A stretch of 26,706 nt of DNA from Bacillota bacterium (GTDB taxonomy: Bacteria > Bacillota > Clostridia > Peptostreptococcales > Anaerovoracaceae). The notes beneath the pieces were generated by a model, which saw nothing but the letters and a program-made list of their open reading frames with translations, was not told the origin of the DNA and did no database searches. Location of the stretch: positions 1-26,706 of the forward strand of contig JAEEVI010000018.1 in assembly GCA_016287035.1 (NCBI GenBank), given 5' to 3'. Shown here piece after piece: positions 15,731-23,833 of this stretch. Both the position numbers and the translations under genes were made by a program. Numbering within the stretch: the stretch's first letter is position 1; every line of letters starts with the position of its first letter.

Positions 15731-17110
15731 TCACTCCTGCGGTATCCTGTCGTCCGGAGAATAGAACTTGCACGCCATTCGCTCGGTGTGCTTGATCACG
15801 TACAGCGCCGTGTCCGCGTGCTTGAATATGACGTCTCCGGGCTCGCCCGGAACGCTGAAGGCCGCGCCGGCGCTTATCGTGAAGCCCGGGATCCCGCCGT
15901 CGGGCTCCGCGACGGCGCTGTTCATCTCGTCCACCTTCTGGGTTATGACGCCGCGCAGCACCGGAGAGTTCGATCTCATCACGACGGCGAATTCGTCGCC
16001 TCCTATGCGGCAGACCGCGTCCTCCGGGCGGAAGGTTATGAGCAGCATCGCGGCGAACTTCTTGAGCACCATGTCGCCCGTGTCGTGCCCGTACTTGTCG
16101 TTTATCTGCTTGAATTTGTCGATATCGATTATTATGAGCGTATAGCCCGTGCCGTCGAGCTCGGCGCACAGCTTGTCGAACGAGCGCCTGTTCAGCAGGC
16201 CCGTGAGCGGATCGTGCTCGGCCTCGTGCTCGAGCATGTCCTGCCTGCTGCGCGATCTCTCGAACAGCTCGTTGTACGTGCTGGCCAGGAACTGGAGCTC
16301 GTACGCGCCCTGCAGCGGCAGCTTCTCCTCGCGGTCCATGCACGCCACGGCGTTGCTCAGCGGGCTCACGACCAGAGGATGGATGAATACGATCATCAGG
16401 ATCGATAGTATAAGAAGGAGCGTGGTGAACATTATCTGGACCGCCATGAGGTTCTTATGGAGGATCGTGTTCGCCGCCTGATCGGCGTAGGTCGTCGCGG
16501 TGAGAGCCTGCAGGCAGCTGTCCACGTTGTTGCTTATCGTGTTCTTCGCGATGCGGTAATCCTCGTTGAACACGAGATCCTGCGCCTTTTCTCCCTGCGC
16601 GCGCGGCGTGAGCGCGAGGTCGGAGTCCGACAGCTCGACCGAACCGAGCGCCTTCGGGTACCGTGAAAGATCCGCTCCCGTCGACTCGATCTTAAGGCGC
16701 ATCGCGTAATACTCCGGCTGCGTCAGATCGGCCGAAGCGGTGAGAGCGTTTTCAAGATAATCGTATATCTCTGATCCTTCGAAGTATCTTCCCAGATCCT
16801 CGAGGGATCTTTCCCTGCGTCTGGTCTTTTCGATCTCTTCGAAGTAGTCGTGCGCGTATCTCTCGTCGCCCGTCACGACGAACGCCCTGACCCTGTCCGT
16901 CAGATAGTCCGACGCGTCCATCATCTCGCGGCTGTCCTGAAGGCATGCTATGTATCTTTCGGCGGCCTCGTCCGCCTTTCTGTGAGTCGAAGCCGTAAGG
17001 ACTATAAGGCCGACGAGTATGACCGCGAGTATAGCGACGGCTACGGCCATCGCCACGTTGAAAGTTCTGAATTTTATCGCTTTGATGTTTCTGGTATTGG
17101 ATCCTGTCAT
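15731..17110 (-). CDS. Membrane-bound diguanylate cyclase: two TM helices, extracytoplasmic helical sensor, HAMP-like linker, GGDEF
   Basis: HDPLTGLLNRR, DIDKFKQINDKYGHDTGD, I-site RPED and intact RIGGDEF. Two hydrophobic segments flank a roughly 190-aa external domain. Confidence 0.92.
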   Translation of the reverse strand: MTGSNTRNIKAIKFRTFNVAMAVAVAILAVILVGLIVLTASTHRKADEAAERYIACLQDSREMMDASDYLTDRVRAFVVTGDERYAHDYFEEIEKTRRRERSLEDLGRYFEGSEIYDYLENALTASADLTQPEYYAMRLKIESTGADLSRYPKALGSVELSDSDLALTPRAQGEKAQDLVFNEDYRIAKNTISNNVDSCLQALTATTYADQAANTILHKNLMAVQIMFTTLLLILSILMIVFIHPLVVSPLSNAVACMDREEKLPLQGAYELQFLASTYNELFERSRSRQDMLEHEAEHDPLTGLLNRRSFDKLCAELDGTGYTLIIIDIDKFKQINDKYGHDTGDMVLKKFAAMLLITFRPEDAVCRIGGDEFAVVMRSNSPVLRGVITQKVDEMNSAVAEPDGGIPGFTISAGAAFSVPGEPGDVIFKHADTALYVIKHTERMACKFYSPDDRIPQE

Positions 17111-17146
17111 TTTCCCATGAAGAGCGCGCGAGCGGCGCGCCGCCCC

Positions 17147-17491
17147 CTATTCGGCGCAGAGCGCCGTCAGATCTTTTAACGCGGCCGCGGCTTTGTCGTA
17201 AAGCCCGCTGTAATCGGCCTCGCTGCGGCTGCGGAGAAGCTCCGTCATCTCGGAGACCGGTCCGTATATCGGCGTAAGCGACAGGTTTGCCGCGACGCCC
17301 TTCAGCGAGTGCGCGCATTCGAAAGCGCGGCCGAGATCTCCGGCCTGCAGCGCCTGTCCGAGCGCTTCCATATCGTTGTCGGCGACAGCCATCTTTACCA
17401 GCCTGAGATAGAACGCTTCGTTGTTCATGCATCTCATGAGCCCCTCGTCGACGTCGGCCCCGTATTCCCTTAAAGCATCCAGTGTAAGCAT
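17147..17491 (-). CDS. Stand-alone Hpt (histidine phosphotransfer) domain protein
   Basis: AFECAHSLKGVAANLSL with the phospho-accepting His, in a small all-helical protein. Confidence 0.88.
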   Translation of the reverse strand: MLTLDALREYGADVDEGLMRCMNNEAFYLRLVKMAVADNDMEALGQALQAGDLGRAFECAHSLKGVAANLSLTPIYGPVSEMTELLRSRSEADYSGLYDKAAAALKDLTALCAE

Positions 17492-17492
17492 G

Positions 17493-19202
17493 TCAGCTCC
17501 TCCCCCCGGCTCCCGCCGCGCGGGACGTCAGCAATTCCTCAAATTCCCCGCCGGGTATCGGCTTTGAGAAATAATACCCCTGAACTATGTCGACTCCGGC
17601 CTTTTTGAGGATCGCGACCTGTTCGGCCGTCTCCACGCCTTCGGCTACGGCTATAAGGCCGAGATATTTCGCGATGTCCATTATGAGCTCTATCATCTTT
17701 ATGCCCTTCGGATCGTCGCTGAGATTGTTCACGAATTTCATGTCGAGCTTCAGGACGTCGATCGGAAGTCTCGTAAGCATGTTCAGCGACGAATAGCCCG
17801 AACCGAAGTCGTCCATCTCTATCTTGAATCCGCATGAGCGGAGCCTGGTGACGGACTCCACGAGCTGCCTGGAATCGTCCGTATACGCGGATTCCGTTAT
17901 CTCCAGATACAGATCCGCTGTGTCGATGCCGTATTTTTCGACGAGCCCTGTCAGCTCGGCCTCGAGATCCGGATCGTAGAGGTCTATGCGCGATATGTTG
18001 ATCGATACCGGGATCGAATATCCGTGCTCCCTCTTCCAGGACGCCATCTGGCTGACGGCGCTCTCCCAGACGAACCTGTCGAGCTTCATTATGAGGCCGT
18101 TCTCCTCGAACAGCGGTATAAACACGCCGGGGCTCACCATCCCGAGCTCGGGATGCTTCCAGCGCACGAGCGCCTCGGCGCTGCTGAGCGCGGGCTCGCT
18201 GCGCTGGATGTTGTATTTCGGCTGGTAATAGACGATGAACTGGCCCTGCCTCACGGCCTCCTCGAAATCCTCGACGAGGCGTCCGGCGAGCATCTGATCC
18301 TCGTGCATCCTGTCGTCGTAGAAGACGACCGGGTCTCCGTAGCGGTGCTTCGCGGCGTCGCAGGCGAGCGAAGCGCGGTCGAAGCGGCTGTCTATCACCA
18401 TGTCGCGGTCGACGTTGGAATACACGCCCATCCGCAGGTGCACCCAGGACGACTGGGATACCCTGCGCACGTGCTCCGTTATCCTTTCGAGCAGCCCGTG
18501 CATGTCGTCGAGATGCTCCCTGTAGATGAAGAACACGTCTGAAACGGGATGGCACGCCAGCCCGGCGGAGCCCTTCAGCTCCTCGAGTATGGCGCGGCCT
18601 ATCTCCGCGAGCACCGCGTCCGCGGCGGCTCTTCCGGTTATCTCGTTGACGAGCCGGAACCTGTTTATATTTATGGTTATGGCGTCCATCGCCGCGCCGG
18701 GATTGTGCAGGTCGAACTGGCGGCAGTACTCGAAGAAGAAGCTCTTCTTGTACAGCCCCGTGAGGTCTTCCACCGACGTGTTCTGAATGATGCTCGCGTC
18801 CTCGGCGAGCTCGATCGATCTGTTGATCCTCGCGAGCATGACGTCGGGATTGTCGTACGGCTTCGGTATGAAATCGGAGGCGCCGAGCTGAAGGCTCTTT
18901 ATCTCCGCCTGCTTTTCCGAGGTGAGAACTATGACCGGTATGCGGCGGAGCGCCGGATCCGAATGCATGCGGTCGAGCACTTCGTAGCCGTTCATCTCCG
19001 GCATCATCAGATCGAGCAGCACCAGCGACAGCGTCTCCCTGTGATCTTCTATTATCTCGAGCGCTTCGCGCCCGTTCGCGGCGTAGATGACGTCGTAGGT
19101 ATCCTCGACTAACGCCCCGAGCATCTCGCGGTTTATAGCCTCGTCGTCCACCACGAGCACTGTGCGTCTGAATTCCGGTTTTAAAGCCCTTTTCTCCATC
19201 AT
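17493..19202 (-). CDS. Response regulator with REC, degenerate GGDEF and EAL domains (c-di-GMP phosphodiesterase)
   Basis: REC residues VDD, LLDLMMP, LTS and IPKP are intact. The GGDEF motif is replaced by HPVSDVF. The EAL domain keeps YQPK, AEALVRW, EITES, DDFGSGYSSL, KLD, AEGVE and QGY. Confidence 0.92.
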   Translation of the reverse strand: MMEKRALKPEFRRTVLVVDDEAINREMLGALVEDTYDVIYAANGREALEIIEDHRETLSLVLLDLMMPEMNGYEVLDRMHSDPALRRIPVIVLTSEKQAEIKSLQLGASDFIPKPYDNPDVMLARINRSIELAEDASIIQNTSVEDLTGLYKKSFFFEYCRQFDLHNPGAAMDAITININRFRLVNEITGRAAADAVLAEIGRAILEELKGSAGLACHPVSDVFFIYREHLDDMHGLLERITEHVRRVSQSSWVHLRMGVYSNVDRDMVIDSRFDRASLACDAAKHRYGDPVVFYDDRMHEDQMLAGRLVEDFEEAVRQGQFIVYYQPKYNIQRSEPALSSAEALVRWKHPELGMVSPGVFIPLFEENGLIMKLDRFVWESAVSQMASWKREHGYSIPVSINISRIDLYDPDLEAELTGLVEKYGIDTADLYLEITESAYTDDSRQLVESVTRLRSCGFKIEMDDFGSGYSSLNMLTRLPIDVLKLDMKFVNNLSDDPKGIKMIELIMDIAKYLGLIAVAEGVETAEQVAILKKAGVDIVQGYYFSKPIPGGEFEELLTSRAAGAGGRS

Positions 19203-19286
19203 GACCTTGACAGTTTTAATTAAAAACAACAGTCAAACCTGCGGCGAAAGCTCTGGTCTGTTCCGCCGCAGTCGGTTACTTAGTAT

Positions 19287-19316
19287 ATTCTAACAGAAAA
19301 CGCCCGTTACAGGCAA
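19287..19316 (-). promoter_or_regulatory. Extended -10 promoter of the REC-EAL / Hpt / DGC / thioesterase operon
   Basis: Minus strand TTGCCT-N18-TAGAAT with TG at the extended position. Confidence 0.5.
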
Positions 19317-19327
19317 GTTAAAGTGCC

Positions 19328-19912
19328 TTATTTGAGCATTTTGAGCAGGCTTCCGAGGAGGTCCGCCGCGCCGGGCTTCTTGGCCTGGCTCTGGCCTCCG
19401 ACAAGAGAGCCGAGTATGGCGGTCATGTCGCCGCTTCCGAGAAGTCCCGACATGAGACCGGATACCATATCGGTGCTCGCCGCGGAATTGCTCGCCGCGG
19501 CCTGAACGTTCGCTTCCTTCCCGAGCATGCTCAGGAGAAGGGGCGCGGCGGCGGCCATAACGCTGGCGGCGACCTTGGGGGACACGTTGGCGTTGTTCGC
19601 GACCTGCGTTATCACTTCGTTCTTCTGCTTGCCGAAGAGATGGCCGATTATCTTGTCGCCGTCCGCGAGATCGGCGCCTCCGCCGAAAGCTCCGAGATCC
19701 GAGATATCGCTCGAAGAGTGATCGCTAATGGCCTGCAGGAAGCCTGCCGCGGTGTCGGAGTTCGCGCTTTGAGCCTGCGCGCCCTGAAGCATCGAGGGAA
19801 GCGCCGCTCCGAGGATGTTCGCGACGTCCGCGGATGACGAATTCGTCGCCTGTCCCACTCCGTTGACATAATTGGCCTGCATAAAAGTACCGAGAAGCTG
19901 TGTAAGATCCAT
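19328..19912 (-). CDS. DUF937 family protein of unknown function
   Basis: ALPSMLQG, GFLQAISDH, DGDKIIGHLFG and AAAAPLLLSMLG pattern. Start reset to ATG 19912, which has an AGGAGGTG RBS. Confidence 0.8.
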   Translation of the reverse strand: MDLTQLLGTFMQANYVNGVGQATNSSSADVANILGAALPSMLQGAQAQSANSDTAAGFLQAISDHSSSDISDLGAFGGGADLADGDKIIGHLFGKQKNEVITQVANNANVSPKVAASVMAAAAPLLLSMLGKEANVQAAASNSAASTDMVSGLMSGLLGSGDMTAILGSLVGGQSQAKKPGAADLLGSLLKMLK

Positions 19913-19999
19913 ATCGCACCTCCTGTGCGCGCGCAAAGCGCTCCATTACTATATTGACTATGATACCACTTTCGCGGAAGAGCCGCCAGTTCCGCGGAC

Positions 20000-21253
20000 T
20001 TATTCCCGCTTCGCGGAGATCGATCCGAAATACCTCTTTCCCGCCTCTTCGGAGGCTGCCGCCCTCGCTTCGTCTATGGCGGCGTAGTTGTCGAGCAGAA
20101 GATCCGTAACTATGCCGGATATGGCTCCGCTCCGCGCGCTGCCGCGCAGGACTTCGACCGCGGCTGCTTTTTCCATACCCTTTCTGTAAGGACGCTCTTC
20201 AGTTATCGCCGAGAAGATGTCGGCCACAGCCATTATCCTCGAGCCTATGGGTATCTCCCCTGCGGTGAGAGCGAACGGATATCCGCTGCCGTCGAGCTTT
20301 TCGTGGTGGAACGAAGCCCAGTCGCATATCTGCGCGAAGCCTTCTATGTCCTTGAGCAGCACGTGCGTATAGTACGCGTGCTCCTTTACCGTATTGAACT
20401 CGGAATCCGTGAGCTTCCCCGGCTTTTCCAGGATCGACGCGGGGATCTTGAGCTTTCCCAGGTCGTGAAGATACCCTGCGATCAGCATCATCCGGCACTC
20501 GTCGTCCGACATCCCGATGAGCCTCGCGAGCTTTTCGGCGGAAGCGGCTACGCCTGCCGAATGCATGGCTGTGAACGGGCTCCTGAAGTCGATCAGCTGC
20601 GAGACGAATCTGGTGAACATCATCGTCTCCTCGAGCGAAACGTCCCTGTTCTCCGGTATGAAATCGAGGAAATGATCGGGGCGGTAATATATGTCGAGCC
20701 AGATGTACGCCTTCGCGCTTATCCTGTCGAACGCGTCCAGCACGTCCGGGCGGTAGACGCCTTTCTCCGCGCAGTGAAGGACGCTCTTCACCTTCTCGAG
20801 CCTGTCGAGTATCGGACCGTCGCCGTCCAGCATAAGCGACACGTGATCGGCGAGCTTTATGACCTGCCCGTATAGCAGCGGCCCTCCGACCGTCCTCTGC
20901 CTTGAGGAGAGCTTGTCCCAGCGCGCCTGGCTGTTGAGCACGGTCTCGGATATGTGGCGGAACGCCGGAAACCCTTCGAGTATCCGTGAGCCCGCTTTCG
21001 CGACCTTCAGCACCCTGCGCTCGACGTCCGTGAGCGCAAGGTCGCCCTCCTCGGCTACGGAGCCGACGTCGTGCATTATCGCGCCGTAGATAATATTGTG
21101 TCTGTCCTTGTCCGGAAGCTCCATGGCTTCCGCGAGCCTGTACGCGATGTACGCGACACGCTGGTGATGATCCTGCACGTCGGGTATCGTGAGGTTGAGA
21201 GCCCCCGCGAACGCCTGTATGAGATCATGCATGTTCGTGAATCTGTCGGACAT
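20000..21253 (-). CDS. Tandem HD domain protein: degenerate N-terminal HD-GYP plus intact C-terminal HD-GYP cyclic dinucleotide phosphodiesterase
   Basis: Domain 1 has HHQRV and MHDVG but lacks HHE/GYP. Domain 2 has HSAGV, LHDLGK, HHEKLDGSGYP, VAD and RPYR. Confidence 0.9.
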   Translation of the reverse strand: MSDRFTNMHDLIQAFAGALNLTIPDVQDHHQRVAYIAYRLAEAMELPDKDRHNIIYGAIMHDVGSVAEEGDLALTDVERRVLKVAKAGSRILEGFPAFRHISETVLNSQARWDKLSSRQRTVGGPLLYGQVIKLADHVSLMLDGDGPILDRLEKVKSVLHCAEKGVYRPDVLDAFDRISAKAYIWLDIYYRPDHFLDFIPENRDVSLEETMMFTRFVSQLIDFRSPFTAMHSAGVAASAEKLARLIGMSDDECRMMLIAGYLHDLGKLKIPASILEKPGKLTDSEFNTVKEHAYYTHVLLKDIEGFAQICDWASFHHEKLDGSGYPFALTAGEIPIGSRIMAVADIFSAITEERPYRKGMEKAAAVEVLRGSARSGAISGIVTDLLLDNYAAIDEARAAASEEAGKRYFGSISAKRE

Positions 21254-21278
21254 ATCCTGCTCCGTTATTTAAAAGCGT

Positions 21279-23618
21279 CTACATAAAAGCTGAGACCGCG
21301 ATCTTTACGATGAACGCGACTCCCCACGCCACGGCGCACTGCCAGACGACCACGCCGATCGCCCACAGGCCTCCCATCTCGCGCTTTATCGACGCGACTG
21401 CGGCTACGCACGGGGTGTACAGCAGCGAGAACGCCAGCATGACCGCCGCGGAAGAAGCGGTGAACACGGTCGCGACGCCGCCGGTGAACAGCATCTCCAT
21501 CGTCGCGACTACGCTCTCCTTCGCGATGAAGCCGCTTATGAGCGACGTGACGACGCGCCAGTCGCCGAGTCCGAGCGGCGCGAACAGCGGCGCTATGAGC
21601 CCCGCCGCCTGCGCGAGTATGCTCTGCGAGGGGTCTGAAACGAGGTTGAACCCCGTGTCGAACTGCTGGAGCACCCAGACTATTATCGTCGCCACGAGTA
21701 TTATGCTGAAGGCTCTCGTTATGAAATCCTTAGCTTTCTCCCAGAGGAGCTGCAGGACGTTCTTTGCGGAAGGCATCCTGTAGTTCGGAAGCTCGAGCAC
21801 GAACGTCGCGGCCTCTCCGCGGAACAGCGTGTTCTTGAAGAGCAGCGCCGCGAGCACTCCGACGAATATGCCGAGGAAATAAAGGCCGGCCATTATAAGG
21901 CCCTTTTTCTCCGCGAAGAACGCGCTCACGAAGAATCCGTACACCGGGAGCTTCGCGGAGCAGCTCATGAACGGCGTCAGAAGGATCGTCATCTTCCTGT
22001 CGCGGCTCCTGGAAAGGGTCCTCGTCGCCATAACGGCCGGGACCGTGCAGCCGAAGCCTATAAGAAGAGGAACGATGCTCCGCCCGGAAAGCCCGATGCG
22101 GCGCAGGAGCTTGTCCATGAAGAACGCTACGCGGGCGATGTAACCGCTGTCTTCCATGAGAGAAAGGAACAGGAACAGCGTCACGACTATCGGAAGGAAG
22201 CTCAGAACGCTCCCAACGCCCTCGAATATGCCGTCTGTGACGAGCCCCCTGAGCGCCGAATTGACGTTCGAGGCCTCCATCCAGCCGTCCACGGCCTTCG
22301 AGGCGGCTCCGATCGCGGCCGCGAGCAGATCCTGAAGCACCGGGCCGATGACGTCGAACGTCAGCCAGAGCGTAAGGAACATTATGATTATGAAGACGGG
22401 TATGGCCGTCCATTTTCCGGTAAGTATCCTGTCTATCTTTTCAGAGCGGAGATACTCCCTGCTGTGCTTCGGCTTTACGACGGTGCTCTCGCAGACGCGC
22501 TCGATGAAGTCGAAGCGCATGTCGGCCATCGCGGCGCACCTGTCCATGCCGCTCTCGCTCTCCATCTGGACCGCTATGTGATCCAGGAGCTGCCGCTCGT
22601 TGTCGTCGAGCCCGAGCTGGGAAAGCACGAGCGGGTCGTTCTCCAGCGCCTTGGTCGCCGCGAAGCGCAGAGGTATGTCCGCCTTCTCCGCGTGGTCCTC
22701 TATCATCGATTCGACCGCGTGTATCGCGCGGTGGATCGCGCCGCCGTGCTCCGTCTTGCTGCACAGATCCTGATGCAGCGGCTTTTCCTGATATTTCGCC
22801 ACGTGCAGCGCGTGCTCGACGAGCTCGTCTACGCCCTCGTCCTTTGCCGCCGATATCGGAACGACGGGAACGCCCAGCAGCGCCTCCATCCTGTTGATAT
22901 CTATGGCTCCGTTGTTCCCGCGGACCTCGTCCATCATGTTCAGGGCGATGACCATCGGGATGTTCATCTCGAGCAGCTGCATGGAAAGATACAGGTTGCG
23001 CTCGATGTTCGTCGCGTCGACGATGTTTATTATCCCCCTGGGCTTTCCCTGCAGCACGAAGTTCCTCGAAACGACCTCCTCGCTGCTGTACGGCGACATC
23101 GAATATATGCCCGGAAGATCCGTGACGACCGTGTTCGCGTGGCCGCGTATCACGCCGTCCCTGCGGTCCACGGTGACGCCGGGGAAGTTTCCGACGTGCT
23201 GGTTGGCTCCGGTGAGCCTGTTGAAGAGCGTCGTCTTTCCGCAGTTCTGATTGCCCACGAGCGCGAAGGTGAGCGGCTCGGAGTCGGGCAGAGGATCGCC
23301 GTCGCCTTTGGCGTGGTACTTGCCGGATTCGCCCAGGCCCGGATGCGCGTCCTGGCTCGTCCGCTCGATCCTGCTGTGCGGGTTGCTGCGCTCCGGAACA
23401 GGAGCTATGTCTATCCTCGCGGCGTCGGCGAGGCGCAGCGCCAGCGCGTAGCCGTGTATCTGAAGCTCCATGGGATCGCCCATCGGGGCGAGCTTCGTTA
23501 CGGTCACCTCGGTGCCCGGTATCAGTCCCATGTCCAGAAAATGCTGTCTCAGAGCGGCCTCGCCGCCCACATGCGTTATAGCGGCGCTCTCGCCGACTTT
23601 CAATTCCTTAAGCGTCAT
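21279..23618 (-). CDS. feoB: Ferrous iron transporter, FeoA-FeoB fusion
   Basis: N-terminal FeoA (LKELKVGE...LDMGLIPG...APMGDP), then GNQNCGKT, NFPGVTV, DLPG and NMMD GTPase motifs, and gate motifs GFGCTVPA and PFMSCSAK. Confidence 0.96.
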   Translation of the reverse strand: MTLKELKVGESAAITHVGGEAALRQHFLDMGLIPGTEVTVTKLAPMGDPMELQIHGYALALRLADAARIDIAPVPERSNPHSRIERTSQDAHPGLGESGKYHAKGDGDPLPDSEPLTFALVGNQNCGKTTLFNRLTGANQHVGNFPGVTVDRRDGVIRGHANTVVTDLPGIYSMSPYSSEEVVSRNFVLQGKPRGIINIVDATNIERNLYLSMQLLEMNIPMVIALNMMDEVRGNNGAIDINRMEALLGVPVVPISAAKDEGVDELVEHALHVAKYQEKPLHQDLCSKTEHGGAIHRAIHAVESMIEDHAEKADIPLRFAATKALENDPLVLSQLGLDDNERQLLDHIAVQMESESGMDRCAAMADMRFDFIERVCESTVVKPKHSREYLRSEKIDRILTGKWTAIPVFIIIMFLTLWLTFDVIGPVLQDLLAAAIGAASKAVDGWMEASNVNSALRGLVTDGIFEGVGSVLSFLPIVVTLFLFLSLMEDSGYIARVAFFMDKLLRRIGLSGRSIVPLLIGFGCTVPAVMATRTLSRSRDRKMTILLTPFMSCSAKLPVYGFFVSAFFAEKKGLIMAGLYFLGIFVGVLAALLFKNTLFRGEAATFVLELPNYRMPSAKNVLQLLWEKAKDFITRAFSIILVATIIVWVLQQFDTGFNLVSDPSQSILAQAAGLIAPLFAPLGLGDWRVVTSLISGFIAKESVVATMEMLFTGGVATVFTASSAAVMLAFSLLYTPCVAAVASIKREMGGLWAIGVVVWQCAVAWGVAFIVKIAVSAFM

Positions 23619-23698
23619 ATCGCTTTTGTCTCCGTATATCTTTCGGGTCCGCGCGGCCCGGAAAGAAATAAGGCTCCGCGCGGCTCGTTTATCTATAT

Positions 23699-23727
23699 AT
23701 TATACGCCATTTGGCGCGGCTTGTCAG
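23699..23727 (-). promoter_or_regulatory. Sigma70-type promoter of feoAB
   Basis: Minus strand CTGACA-N17-TATAAT. Confidence 0.6.
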
Positions 23728-23756
23728 CGCAAACAACCGCGGGGCAAACTAAACGG

Positions 23757-23786
23757 TTGAAAAGCCGTGCACTGTTCATATAAAAT
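23757..23786 (+). promoter_or_regulatory. Sigma70-type promoter of the XRE-FadR regulator, divergent from feoAB
   Basis: TTGAAA-N18-TAAAAT. Confidence 0.45.
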
Positions 23787-23833
23787 ATTACGCGACAGAG
23801 ATCGCACGGGACCGCACGGAAGGAGCTGCCGGT

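Noticed and set aside
19230-19327. c-di-GMP-I or -II riboswitch upstream of the EAL gene
   Set aside because: No GNRA tetraloop/receptor pair or other conserved core is visible, only a single hairpin.
23619-23760. Fur box or NiCo/czcD metal riboswitch upstream of feoAB
   Set aside because: Only short AT-rich patches, with no GATAATGATAATCATTATC-like 19-mer and none of the NiCo core sequences. A matrix or Infernal scan would settle it.
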